DNA of 64,000 bases from an uncultured Spirochaetia bacterium. Lineage in GTDB: Bacteria; Oederibacteriota; PGYV01; Palsa-1178. Position 1 is the stretch's first letter. Each line of letters opens with the position of its first letter. Shown here one piece after another: positions 19,501 through 28,036 of this stretch. The translations under genes and the position numbers were made by a program. The stretch is from assembly GCA_964443355.1 (NCBI GenBank), contig CAYUDX010000011.1, positions 34,823-98,822 on the forward strand. Reading direction: 5' to 3'. Under the pieces are notes generated by a model. It was not told where the DNA came from. It searched no databases and saw only the letters and a list, made by a program, of their open reading frames with translations.

Positions 19501-21124
19501 GCTGCCCGGCCACAAGGTCAGCGAAACAATAGCGAAGACGCGTTATACGACGCCCGGTGTTACTCTCATATCGCCGCCGCCGCATCACGATATTTATTCA
19601 ATTGAAGACCTGAAGCAGTTGATTTTTGACCTTAAAAACACCAATCCGAGGGCCAGGATATCGGTAAAACTCGTATCCGAGGTGGGGGTCGGAACTATTG
19701 CGGCCGGCGTCGCCAAAGGGTTCGCGGACATGATTCTCATATCTGGTTTTGACGGCGGCACGGGCGCCTCGCCGAAAGGATCCATAATCAATGCCGGGCT
19801 CCCGTGGGAACTCGGCGTCTCGGAGACGCACCAGACCCTTGTCCTGAACGACCTGCGCAGCCGCGTAAGGCTGCAGACGGACGGCCAGATGAGGACGGGT
19901 CGCGACGTGGTTATCGCAGCGATGCTTGGAGCGGAGGAATACGGTTTTGCCACTGGCGCACTGATAGTCCTTGGGTGCGTGATGCTCAGGCACTGCCATC
20001 TGAACAATTGCGCGCTCGGGGTCGCAACACAGGACGATTTATTACAGAAACGTTTCCGCGGCAATGCGGACTATCTGGTGAATTATTTCAGGTTCGTGGC
20101 GCAGGACGTCCGGGAAATAATGGCTCAGCTCGGCGTGCGCACGATGAACGAGCTTATCGGAAGGTGTGACATGCTCGAGGTCAATTCCGAGATCCTGCCC
20201 TGGAAGGCCAAAAGGCTCGACCTTTCAAAGATACTTTACAGGCCGCAGGTGGCCCCGGAAGTGGGGACATATTTTAACAGGCCGCAGAAACATGAGATAA
20301 CAGGCGTCCTGGACAGGAAACTTATCGAGAAGTCGATGCCGGCGCTTGAAAGGAAAGAAGCAGTAAGGATAGAGACGGACATAAACAACACCAACCGCAC
20401 CGCAGGCGCCATGCTTTCCGGAGAAATATGTTACCGTCACGGCGAGATGGCCCTGAACGAGGATACGATCCGCATAAAGTTCAACGGTTATGCCGGTCAG
20501 TCGTTCGGCGCGTGGCTCACCGACGGGGTTACCCTGGAGCTTGAGGGAATGGCAAACGACTACGTGGGCAAGGGCATTTCCGGCGGCAAGATAATAGTAT
20601 ATCCATCCAAGAAATCCAGATACAAGCCCGAAGACAACATGATAATCGGCAACACAACATTTTACGGCGCCATCAGGGGCGAGGCTTATATACGCGGAAG
20701 GGCAGGAGAAAGGTTCTGCATCAGGAATTCCGGGCTTTACGGGGTGGTGGAAGGCACGGGCGATCACGGATGCGAATACATGACCGGAGGCAAAGTGGTC
20801 ATCCTCGGCACGACCGGGCGCAATTTTGCCGCGGGAATGTCTGGCGGAGAGGCGTATGTCTACAATGAGGACGGCAAGTTCGTAGAACGCTGCAATAGGG
20901 ACATGGTGGATCTGGACCCAATAGGCGAGGATGACGCGAAAATAATAAAGCAGCTGCTGGCAAACCACATAAAGTACACGGGTTCGGAAAAAGCAGTAAA
21001 AGTTCTAGATAACATAGGTGAAGAGATAAAGAAGTTCATAAAGGTTTATCCAAAAGAATACAAAGCCATAATCGAGGCGCGCAAATCGCAGGAAAAAAAC
21101 CTCGGGCTGGCGGAGGAGAAATAA
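16577..21124 (+). CDS. gltB: Glutamate synthase large subunit
   Basis: N-terminal Ntn amidotransferase Cys (KDSCGVGFIV), FMN and GXGXG domains; 1515 aa. Confidence 0.95.
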   Translation: MAGTIYNNNFPPRAQGLYDPSFEKDSCGVGFIVNVKGEKSHKIVKDGMHILERLAHRGATAADPKTSDGAGLIIQLPHEFLVKAAGESGITLPDEGQYGAGLIFLPKEESDYKFIKEAFDRAISEKGQALLGWRKVPVDNSAIGYIAKGKEPNFEMIFIKKGANTPDQAAFERKLYVIRKKVENSVRLADLKQKSYFYVTNISSRTLNYKGLMMPEEIDNFFLDLKDPAVKSALCFVHSRYSTNTFPTWDLAQPFRYLAHNGEINTLRGNINWMRAKEGLFKNDLFGDDMADLKPVIRDEAQSDSATTDNAFEILTLGGRSLPHAILMLVPGAWEDNNQLPQETKDFYNYHACFMEPWDGPAALCFTDGESIGAVLDRNGLRPAKYLIRRDGCVVMSSEVGVLDDKPEDIEHSGRLEPGKIFYIDTKEGRIVNDEEIKHKMATRKPYGTWLKEQILTLDMIPEKKIEKKYSPEAALTMMKSFGYTREDLKEIITPLAATAYDPTGSMGNDMPHAVLSKNSQPLFTYFKQLFAQVTNPPIDSTREKCVMSLNMYLGKSLNMFAETPEHAHKLMLKTPLLSDEDLLRIKNINLGGFRSKVISILFDAGEKGSLKKNLDRICEEAVAAVKEGYSIVVLSDRGVNREKAAIPSLMAVGAVHHELVRRSLRTQISIVIETAEPREVHHFCALSGYGADAYNPYGAFEAINHLINTGEIAKTFEECLKNFKKGVHDGMLKVIAKMGISTIQSYCGAQIFEAIGIHSEVIDKCFAGTVSRIGGAGFDELELETIMRHKDAYPDNGSASPILKTGGVYQWKKDGEFHLWNPDTIAAVQDASKNNDLKRYRDFAGLINDQSAQPTTLRSLFKFRNAAPIPVDEVEPVSEIVKRFVTGAMSFGSISRGAHEAMAIAMNRLGGKSNTGEGGEDPIRFKPFPDGDSARSAVKQVASGRFGVTTNYLTNGDELQIKMAQGAKPGEGGQLPGHKVSETIAKTRYTTPGVTLISPPPHHDIYSIEDLKQLIFDLKNTNPRARISVKLVSEVGVGTIAAGVAKGFADMILISGFDGGTGASPKGSIINAGLPWELGVSETHQTLVLNDLRSRVRLQTDGQMRTGRDVVIAAMLGAEEYGFATGALIVLGCVMLRHCHLNNCALGVATQDDLLQKRFRGNADYLVNYFRFVAQDVREIMAQLGVRTMNELIGRCDMLEVNSEILPWKAKRLDLSKILYRPQVAPEVGTYFNRPQKHEITGVLDRKLIEKSMPALERKEAVRIETDINNTNRTAGAMLSGEICYRHGEMALNEDTIRIKFNGYAGQSFGAWLTDGVTLELEGMANDYVGKGISGGKIIVYPSKKSRYKPEDNMIIGNTTFYGAIRGEAYIRGRAGERFCIRNSGLYGVVEGTGDHGCEYMTGGKVVILGTTGRNFAAGMSGGEAYVYNEDGKFVERCNRDMVDLDPIGEDDAKIIKQLLANHIKYTGSEKAVKVLDNIGEEIKKFIKVYPKEYKAIIEARKSQEKNLGLAEEK

Positions 21125-21126
21125 TC

Positions 21127-22548
21127 ATGGGAGACCCCAGGGGATTTATCAAGGTTAAAAGGGAAGGTTTTGGATACAGGCCGGTTTCCGAAAGGGTGAA
21201 AGATTATAACGAAGTGGCCGTAATGCACAGCGAAGCGCAGCAAAAAGAGCAGGCGTCGCGCTGCATGGACTGCGGAACGGCTTTTTGCAACTGGGGTTGC
21301 CCGCTGGGAAATTATATCCCGGAATGGAACGACAGCGCATTCAAGGGCCGCTGGCAGGACGCTTTCAGGCTTTTAAATGAAACCGCGACAATGCCCGAAG
21401 TCACGGGACGTGTTTGCCCGTCGCCGTGCGAATATTCGTGCGTCCTGGGGATCGGCGACTCTCCGGTGACCATAAGGGACAATGAGCTCGCCATAATAGA
21501 AAAAGCATGGAAGGAAGGATATATCAAGGCCAACCCTCCGGCAAGACGTACGGGCAAAAAAGTGGCCGTCGTTGGCGCGGGCCCGGCAGGACTTGCGGCC
21601 GCGGCTGTCTTGAACAGGACCGGACATGCGGTCACCGTTTTTGAGAAGAACGACCGCATCGGAGGCTTTATGCGATACGGCATACCTGATTTCAAGCTTC
21701 CAAAGGGCGTCCTGGACCGCAGGATAAGGCTGTGGCAGGATGAGGGGATTGTATTCAAGACCGGCGTTAATGTCGGCATTGATTATGACGTTGAAAAACT
21801 CAGGAAGGAATATGACGCGGTCGTGGTAACAACAGGCTGCAGGGTGGCCCGCGACATGAAAATAAAAGGGCGCGAGCAAAAGGGAATATACCAGGCGGTC
21901 GATTATCTCGAGCAATCAAACAGAAAAGTGGCAGGGGATAAGATCGAAGGGGAGTTAATCGACGCCAGGGGCAAGAACGTGCTGGTCATAGGCGGAGGGG
22001 ATACGGGTTCGGATTGCGTCGGCACAGCCAACAGGCAGGGTGCAAAAAGCGTTGTCCAGATCGAGATACTGCCCCAGCCATCGAAAGAAAGGCCGTTCGA
22101 CCAGCCATGGCCCAATTATCCATTTGTTTTCAAGACATCTTCCAGCCACGAAGAGGGTGTGGAAAGAAAATGGTGTGTTACAACAAAAGAATTCATGGGC
22201 TCCGGCGGATCGGTCAATAAGGTAAAAGCGGCAAGGGTTGAATGGTGCGCAAAACCCGGCGAAAGGGCCTCAATGACCGAATGCCAGGGTTCCGAATTTT
22301 TGATAGACGCGGACCTCGTTTTTCTTTCAATGGGATTTACGAACCCCGTAAAGGAAGGATTGCTTGAAAAGCTCGGGGTTAAACTCAACGAGCGGGGAAA
22401 CGTTTCAAGGGACAAGAACACTTTCGCCACGGACGTACCGGGTGTTTTCGCCGCCGGGGATGTCTCGCGCGGACCTTCACTAATAGTATGGGCGTTTACC
22501 GAAGGCAGGAAGGCTGCCGAAGGGGTAAACGCGTACTTGCTGAAATAA
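21127..22548 (+). CDS. gltD: Glutamate synthase small subunit (NADPH)
   Basis: RCMDCGTAFC...GCPLGNYIPEWN Fe-S motifs; VAVVGAGPAGLAAA and GGGDTGSDC dinucleotide folds; 2 nt after gltB. Confidence 0.9.
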   Translation: MGDPRGFIKVKREGFGYRPVSERVKDYNEVAVMHSEAQQKEQASRCMDCGTAFCNWGCPLGNYIPEWNDSAFKGRWQDAFRLLNETATMPEVTGRVCPSPCEYSCVLGIGDSPVTIRDNELAIIEKAWKEGYIKANPPARRTGKKVAVVGAGPAGLAAAAVLNRTGHAVTVFEKNDRIGGFMRYGIPDFKLPKGVLDRRIRLWQDEGIVFKTGVNVGIDYDVEKLRKEYDAVVVTTGCRVARDMKIKGREQKGIYQAVDYLEQSNRKVAGDKIEGELIDARGKNVLVIGGGDTGSDCVGTANRQGAKSVVQIEILPQPSKERPFDQPWPNYPFVFKTSSSHEEGVERKWCVTTKEFMGSGGSVNKVKAARVEWCAKPGERASMTECQGSEFLIDADLVFLSMGFTNPVKEGLLEKLGVKLNERGNVSRDKNTFATDVPGVFAAGDVSRGPSLIVWAFTEGRKAAEGVNAYLLK

Positions 22549-22585
22549 AAAACAGAGGGCCTGCGATCAAGCGTAAAAACAGCAA

Positions 22586-22612
22586 CCCCGCGGCTTTTTA
22601 AGGACCGCGGGG
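22586..22612 (-). terminator. Hairpin terminator downstream of glnK1 (also sits after the gltD stop)
   Basis: ccccgcgg / ccgcgggg 8-bp stem; a U-run follows on the minus strand. Confidence 0.45.
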
Positions 22613-22649
22613 CGCACGTCTCACAAACCTTTTCGGGGAGGAAGTGAGC

Positions 22650-22991
22650 TTATCCTATGGCTGTTTTTCCTTTTTCGCCGGTCCTTATCCTCAAGCACTC
22701 TTCCATGGGCAGGACAAATATCTTTCCGTCTCCGGTCTCTCCGGAGCGAGCCCCCTGCATTATGGCGTTTATTGTTGGCTCCACGTAATTATCGTTCACT
22801 CCGATCTCGAGCCTTATCTTTCGCAGAAGATTGCCTGATTCCCTGACACCCCTGTAAACCTCGGTGATGCCTTTCTGCCTTCCGTGGCCGAGAACTTCGT
22901 TGACCGTAAGCAGGTTAACGTCCACTTTATAAAGTTCCTGTTTCACTTCCTCGAGCTTTTGCGGCTGAATTATGGCTATTATCAGTTTCAT
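22650..22991 (-). CDS. glnK: Nitrogen regulatory protein P-II (GlnK type, paired with Amt)
   Basis: Canonical PII of 112 aa, T-loop [15 protein letters not shown]-terminal GDGKIFV...RIRTGE; 10 nt downstream of amt. Confidence 0.9.
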   Translation of the reverse strand: MKLIIAIIQPQKLEEVKQELYKVDVNLLTVNEVLGHGRQKGITEVYRGVRESGNLLRKIRLEIGVNDNYVEPTINAIMQGARSGETGDGKIFVLPMEECLRIRTGEKGKTAIG

Positions 22992-23001
22992 GTTTTCCCC
23001 C

Positions 23002-24384
23002 TTACTCTATGAGAGTGTAGGCGCTCTCGTGGTGCTGGGAAAGATCGAGGCCTATCACTTCGTCTTTTTCTTTGGCCCTTAAGCCGAATACCAAGTCCAC
23101 AAGCTTAAAGAGAACAAAACTTCCGACCAGCGTGTAGGCCAATGTGCAACCCACTGCTATGGCCTGTATCAACAGCTGTTTCGGATTACCGTAAAAAAGG
23201 CCGTTGGCCCCGGTTGAATTCACCGCGGTCGTGGCAAAAAGCCCGGTGGCTATGGCGCCAACTATCCCTCCGATTCCATGTACTCCGAACGCGTCAAGCG
23301 AATCGTCATAACCGAGCTTCGATTTTACGAATGCAACCATGAAATAACACACCAGCGACACCAGGATGCCGATGCCGAGCGCTCCGAACACGTCGACGAA
23401 ACCGGCTGCGGGAGTTATGGCAACAAGCCCCGCTACCGCGCCTGTAATAACCCCGAGCATGGTGGGTTTGCCGACCGTCATCCAGTCAAGGACGGCCCAT
23501 GTCAGGGCCGCCATTGCGGCGGCGGTATTCGTGGCAACGAACGCGCTGACCGCAAGACCGTTGGCCGCAAGCGCGCTACCGGCGTTAAAGCCGAACCAGC
23601 CGAACCACAGCAGGGCCGCGCCAAGAACCGCAAAGGGAAGATTGTGCGGCGGGATCGGGCTCGAGAGCCCTTTTCTTTTTCCGAGCACAAGAGCTGAAAC
23701 GAGCGCCGCTATTCCGGCATTGATGTGGACGACGGTGCCTCCGGCAAAATCAAGGGCTCCCATATTTTTAAGAAATCCGCCGACGCCCCAGACCCAGTGC
23801 GCGATAGGGTCGTATATGAACGTGGACCATAGCACCAAAAATATCAGATATGACGAAAATTTCATTCTTTCCGCGAACGCGCCGATTATAAGCGCTGGTG
23901 TAATTATCGCAAACATGGCCTGGAATATCATGAAGGCCTGGTGCGGTATTGTTCCGGCATAATCCGCATACGGTTCGAAACCGACGCCTTTCAGGCCGAA
24001 CCACCCGAAGCCTCCCCAGAAACCGTTTCCAGGATGGAAGGCGAGTGAATAACCGAACAAAACCCATTGCACTGAAACTACGGCAAGCGCAGCCATGCAC
24101 TGCATGAGAATCGACAGCATGTTCTTCTTTCTGACAAGCCCGCCGTAAAAGAATGCCAGCCCGGGTGTCATTAACATTACCAGGGCGGCGGAGACAAGCA
24201 CCCAGGCTGTATCTCCGGCATTAATGGGGACCGGGGGTACTGCAGGTTGAGCCGTGGCTGTGACGGATGCGGTCTGGGTGGTTGCTGCAATTAAAGGCGC
24301 CTTTGCGGCATCGTCAGCCATGGTAAAAGCTGAAAAGGAGAGTAGCAGTAGCGTAGTTGCAAGGATCAAAGATTTTCGGTACAT
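23002..24384 (-). CDS. amt: Ammonium transporter (Amt family), copy 1
   Basis: Signal peptide, 11 TM segments, Amt signatures (DFAGGTVVHI, GAxxERxKF). Confidence 0.9.
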   Translation of the reverse strand: MYRKSLILATTLLLLSFSAFTMADDAAKAPLIAATTQTASVTATAQPAVPPVPINAGDTAWVLVSAALVMLMTPGLAFFYGGLVRKKNMLSILMQCMAALAVVSVQWVLFGYSLAFHPGNGFWGGFGWFGLKGVGFEPYADYAGTIPHQAFMIFQAMFAIITPALIIGAFAERMKFSSYLIFLVLWSTFIYDPIAHWVWGVGGFLKNMGALDFAGGTVVHINAGIAALVSALVLGKRKGLSSPIPPHNLPFAVLGAALLWFGWFGFNAGSALAANGLAVSAFVATNTAAAMAALTWAVLDWMTVGKPTMLGVITGAVAGLVAITPAAGFVDVFGALGIGILVSLVCYFMVAFVKSKLGYDDSLDAFGVHGIGGIVGAIATGLFATTAVNSTGANGLFYGNPKQLLIQAIAVGCTLAYTLVGSFVLFKLVDLVFGLRAKEKDEVIGLDLSQHHESAYTLIE

Positions 24385-24433
24385 TTCATTTTCCTCCCCG
24401 AAAAAAATTTAACAACAATGTGACTTAAAGAAA

Positions 24434-24449
24434 AGCAAAAGGTGTGCCA
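24434..24449 (-). promoter_or_regulatory. σ54 (-24/-12) promoter TGGCAC-N5-TTGCT upstream of amt1
   Basis: Minus-strand sequence tggcacaccttttgct; perfect GG-N10-GC spacing, ~50 nt upstream of the amt1 ATG. Confidence 0.6.
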
Positions 24450-24551
24450 CGATTCAAAAGCCATATAAATAATGGTTATTATTGTTACCAAAAGTCAGTA
24501 TGGTGGTTAAAAAAGCAACAAACATAAAAATCATGATTAAAATATAACCAC

Positions 24552-24594
24552 ATAGCCCCGGTTTTGCTGAACGAAGCCGCAAAACCGGGGCTAT
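24552..24594 (-). terminator. Rho-independent-type hairpin after the divergent PII gene
   Basis: 16-bp perfect stem (atagccccggttttgc / gcaaaaccggggctat), 11-nt loop. Confidence 0.6.
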
Positions 24595-24621
24595 TTATGG
24601 GATTCTTTAGGTTAACGAGTT

Positions 24622-24963
24622 TTAGTAGATGGCCTCGTCTCCTTTTTCGCCAGTCCTTAACCTTATCGCATCGTCAACAGGATGAATGAATATCTTGCCG
24701 TCTCCGATCTCTCCGGTAACCGCGGCTTCCTTGATGGCCGCAACTATCCTTTTTACATCACCGTCCTTGAGCACTATCTCGATACGGGTCTTGGTGATTA
24801 GGTCTATACGATATTTCTTTCCGCGAACTTTTTCTTCCTTGCCGTGCTGTTTGCCGTAACCTTCGATCTCGCTTATCATCATTCCCGGATGACCGACCGC
24901 GTCCAGAGCTTTTACAACGTCCCCGGCCTTATCCGGCCGGACAATCGCTTCTATTCTTTTCAT
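24622..24963 (-). CDS. Divergent PII-family protein (T-loop lacks the canonical Tyr51)
   Basis: PII fold motifs (MKRIEAIVRP..., GDGKIFIHPV..IRLRTGE) but T-loop EGYGKQHGKEEKVRGKKY; strong AGGAGG ribosome-binding site; 12 nt after the permease–PII fusion. Confidence 0.8.
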   Translation of the reverse strand: MKRIEAIVRPDKAGDVVKALDAVGHPGMMISEIEGYGKQHGKEEKVRGKKYRIDLITKTRIEIVLKDGDVKRIVAAIKEAAVTGEIGDGKIFIHPVDDAIRLRTGEKGDEAIY

Positions 24964-24975
24964 GGCATGCCTCCT

Positions 24976-26874
24976 TTAGATTGCTTCGACGCCGGTTTCA
25001 CCGGTGGAAACCCTGAGGGCTTCCCTTGCGTCGAGTACGAATATTTTCCCGTCACCAACCTTGCCGGTCCTTAAGACGTCTTTCATTATGGCAAGCACGG
25101 GGGGGACATCCCAGTCATTTACTACGAGCTCTATCTTTGTCTTTGGAAGGAATGTGATTTTTGTGTCAACATCCTCGTCAGGGTCGATCTTGCCGTAGGT
25201 GCGGCCAAAACCCTTTACTTTTGTGATGGTCATGCCCTGGACAAGGGCTTCTTCCTTTAACACCGCCACAAGCACTCCGACCCTGTCCGGCCTGATCATG
25301 GCCGTTATCATCTTCATTGAATAATTCTTTTTTACTGTCGTTACCATTACATAGAGGAAGCTGATGAGCGCAAATCCTCCGGCAATGTAAAAGCATATCG
25401 CGGCTTCGGCTTTATTGTCGCTTGTGCCTGTGAGGTTAAGGTAAATAATCCCAACAAGCATAAGTATGTTCAGGAGAAGCCCGAGGCCCGGGACAATTCC
25501 GTGCTTCAAAATGTTGAAATCCTTGCGGTCCTTGAATGCAATTATCGTCCATACACAGACAAGGCCGTAAAGAACAAAAGTGCCGAAGTTTGAAGCGAGG
25601 GTAATCCCCGTCAATCCGACAACTGACTGGACTCCTATCGCGGCTATAATGCTGGAAATTACAACCAGCACCCAGATAGTAGTATGCGGAGTCTTGTTCT
25701 TTGCGTGCAGAAAGCTTAAAAAATCGGGAAGCTCACGGTCGGCAGCCATGCCGTTGGTAACGCGGACAGCGGTGTTCATGCAGCTTAAAGTCGTGCCGAT
25801 GACGGCGATTGCCACGGTTATGGCCATTGTTATCATCAAACCGAAACCGATGCCGCCAAGAAGATGGTCGCCGATTAGCCTGCTCATGTCGCCGATAGGG
25901 GCGGCGGATGCCACCATCGCGTCCATTCCCGTAACGGTCTTGGTTATGGCGGCGGTTGTAGCCGTTGCCGCGGTTGTTACGGTGCCGGTCAGTTTTTCGC
26001 TGACCATAAGGTTTGCCGCGAAATACTCGAACAGGTAAGCCAGGACGCCCTGCACGAAAAGGGCGATGATTATGGCTTTTGGTATGTTCTTTTCCGGCTC
26101 TTTTGTCTCCGCCGACATTGCAGTGGCGCTTTCAAAACCAACCAGTATCAATATGGCGATCGTGGACTGAACAAGAACAGCCTTTATGTTGTGAAACTTG
26201 ACTATGTCGAAACTCCCCGAAAACGCCCAGCTTGTCGCGTGTTCGGGATTGGCTATCCTGTACCAGATAGCGAGTCCGCTGAAAATCGCGAGAGCGACCC
26301 ACTGGATTATGTTTATCCAGACGTTTGTTACAGTGGAACCCTGAACGCCTTTGTACGCCACATAACCGACCGCAAAGGCGAAGACCACGCCGATTATGGT
26401 AAGCTCGGGAACAGAGAGCGTCTTTCCCGTTATCGAATTATAGATGTACCCTATAAGCGTGGCCATCATGGCGACCATGACGCCGGGATAAACCCAGTAG
26501 AACAGGTGTGCGGCCCATCCTGTCACAAGCTTTGAAAGCCTTGCCAACGATGTCGGGCCGGCGCGCTTTTCCTTTCTCGAATCAAGAAAAGCTTTTTCCG
26601 CGAAGTAAGCGCAGCTTGCGAATCCCGCTTCCGGATATATCCTGGCAAGTTCAGCGTAGGAAAAAGCCGTTAAAAAGGCAAGAACAAGGGCCACGAGTAT
26701 GCCCGCCCACATATCGGCCGCAGCCGTTGCTCCGCTGGGATCTGTAGCGGCGGCCTGGAGCTGGTACGTTATCCAGAGAAAGGCTCCTGGGGCGATCAGG
26801 GCCATAGCGTTCATGGCGGCGCCCATCAGGCCGAGCGTAGGGACTATCTTTACCGAAGAATCATTGTTAGCCAT
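24976..26874 (-). CDS. APC-superfamily permease (amino acid/polyamine/organocation type) with a C-terminal PII-like domain (fusion)
   Basis: About 12 TM helices; APC signatures AELARIYPEAG and GFESATAMSAETKEPEKNIPKAI; last ~110 aa are PII-like (MITAMIRPDRVG...GFGRTYG...[22 protein letters not shown]); no stop codon or ribosome-binding site between the domains. Confidence 0.7.
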   Translation of the reverse strand: MANNDSSVKIVPTLGLMGAAMNAMALIAPGAFLWITYQLQAAATDPSGATAAADMWAGILVALVLAFLTAFSYAELARIYPEAGFASCAYFAEKAFLDSRKEKRAGPTSLARLSKLVTGWAAHLFYWVYPGVMVAMMATLIGYIYNSITGKTLSVPELTIIGVVFAFAVGYVAYKGVQGSTVTNVWINIIQWVALAIFSGLAIWYRIANPEHATSWAFSGSFDIVKFHNIKAVLVQSTIAILILVGFESATAMSAETKEPEKNIPKAIIIALFVQGVLAYLFEYFAANLMVSEKLTGTVTTAATATTAAITKTVTGMDAMVASAAPIGDMSRLIGDHLLGGIGFGLMITMAITVAIAVIGTTLSCMNTAVRVTNGMAADRELPDFLSFLHAKNKTPHTTIWVLVVISSIIAAIGVQSVVGLTGITLASNFGTFVLYGLVCVWTIIAFKDRKDFNILKHGIVPGLGLLLNILMLVGIIYLNLTGTSDNKAEAAICFYIAGGFALISFLYVMVTTVKKNYSMKMITAMIRPDRVGVLVAVLKEEALVQGMTITKVKGFGRTYGKIDPDEDVDTKITFLPKTKIELVVNDWDVPPVLAIMKDVLRTGKVGDGKIFVLDAREALRVSTGETGVEAI

Positions 26875-26970
26875 TTTTGCACCTCCCGAATTATTTTATA
26901 TCTGTTTCTTTATCCTGTTTCTGCCGACGATATTTTATGCCGAAATTGCTTCGTTTTCCTTACTGTTGCT

Positions 26971-27747
26971 TTATGACTTCGCCGCCGGCGGAGGTGGAAC
27001 CATGTCGAAATCAACATCAAGCTGGAGAGACCACATCATCTTCGAGCTTCCGGCAAACTGCTTTGAAAGGGGGAATACCGGCCCTGTCAAAAGATCCGCG
27101 TTGTCCGCGAAATAGTAGTACAAACCGGCGCCCCATGCAGAAAGGGCGTTGTTGCCGCCCATATAATCCGCGCAAACCTGGAACTTTCCGACCTGCGGCG
27201 ATACGTAGCTGGCCATCAGGCCGCTGGTATCGACTTTTCCGTTATCGTCGATAAGAAGCTTGTCGTTGCCTGAATAAGCGCCGACGCATACCGTCCCGAT
27301 GTTGTCAAATGTCTTTCCTATGGCCGCGTAATAAACGTCGTAATTGGTAACGTTGTTGTCGATGCCAACGTTAAAAACACCCAGTGAAAAGCCGACAGGG
27401 AGCAGGGCGCCTTCGTTCCAGCCGATCTTCGCGTTGAAATAGTTTGCGTCCTTAAATGTTGCCGGTGATGCCACGGGAAGAAGGGCGTCATAACCGACTT
27501 CCGCCTGAATTTCCTTGAACGGCAGCACTCCGACCGTGAAACCGTAATCATTCGAGAGCATGCTGTTGTCGCGCACATAGGAGTCGTAACCGATGTGGCC
27601 CTTCATGAACGGTTGAAAATAGACCGTGCATGGCGTCCAGAAAACCGTGGACGGTGTGGCATTTAGAACAAAAACCGGAACAACCGAGAGAAGAACCGTT
27701 AAAAGAACCGTTGCGATGCTGATCGTTTTGCTTTTTGCTTTTTCCAT
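26971..27747 (-). CDS. Small outer-membrane β-rich protein (putative porin), hypothetical
   Basis: AGGAGG ribosome-binding site, signal peptide (MEKAKSKTISIATVLLTVLLSVVPVFVLNA), alternating β pattern, C-terminal ...LQLDVDF; first gene of the operon with the APC–PII fusion. Confidence 0.5.
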   Translation of the reverse strand: MEKAKSKTISIATVLLTVLLSVVPVFVLNATPSTVFWTPCTVYFQPFMKGHIGYDSYVRDNSMLSNDYGFTVGVLPFKEIQAEVGYDALLPVASPATFKDANYFNAKIGWNEGALLPVGFSLGVFNVGIDNNVTNYDVYYAAIGKTFDNIGTVCVGAYSGNDKLLIDDNGKVDTSGLMASYVSPQVGKFQVCADYMGGNNALSAWGAGLYYYFADNADLLTGPVFPLSKQFAGSSKMMWSLQLDVDFDMVPPPPAAKS

Positions 27748-27809
27748 TTTTCTTCCTCCTTTAGTGTTTTGGTAAATTTTAGTATGCCATTTAATGCTGT
27801 GTTTATATA

Positions 27810-27825
27810 AGCACATGTCGTGCCA
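27810..27825 (-). promoter_or_regulatory. σ54 (-24/-12) promoter TGGCACGACATGTGCT upstream of the outer-membrane-protein/APC–PII/PII operon
   Basis: GG-N10-GC spacing with a TGGCAC -24 box, ~60 nt upstream of the ATG at 27747. Confidence 0.5.
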
Positions 27826-27983
27826 CTGGCATAAACACCTGTGAAATATTGATTATATTTTAAACAATTAATCAATTAATGGTCAATATTTAATCATAGA
27901 AACGCATTGTGATTAAATATTATACACGAATTCAATGTTTTGTTTGAAGGTTTGAAGGTTGTTCGGCCGGCTTAAAAATGACA

Positions 27984-28010
27984 AAAGGCGGGCTTTACGC
28001 CCGCCTTTTG
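27984..28010 (-). terminator. Bidirectional hairpin terminator after glnK2
   Basis: aaaaggcgggc-tttac-gcccgcctttt, flanked by A- and T-runs. Confidence 0.65.
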
Positions 28011-28036
28011 TCTTGCTGATCATGTTAAAATTACAT

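Noticed and set aside
16627-21243. Numerous 60-250-aa ORFs on the minus strand opposite gltB/gltD (e.g. 20225-20968, 19594-20064)
   Set aside because: They lie entirely inside long, motif-rich, well-supported genes on the opposite strand. They lack ribosome-binding sites and their amino-acid compositions are biased (Arg/Pro-rich), which is typical of antisense frames.
24976-26874. Considered whether this membrane protein is a third Amt, or whether the PII domain is a separately translated gene
   Set aside because: It lacks Amt signatures and carries APC-family motifs. The PII segment is in the same frame with no stop codon, and there is no ribosome-binding site before the internal ATG. I keep the fusion as the call, but an internal start cannot be excluded.
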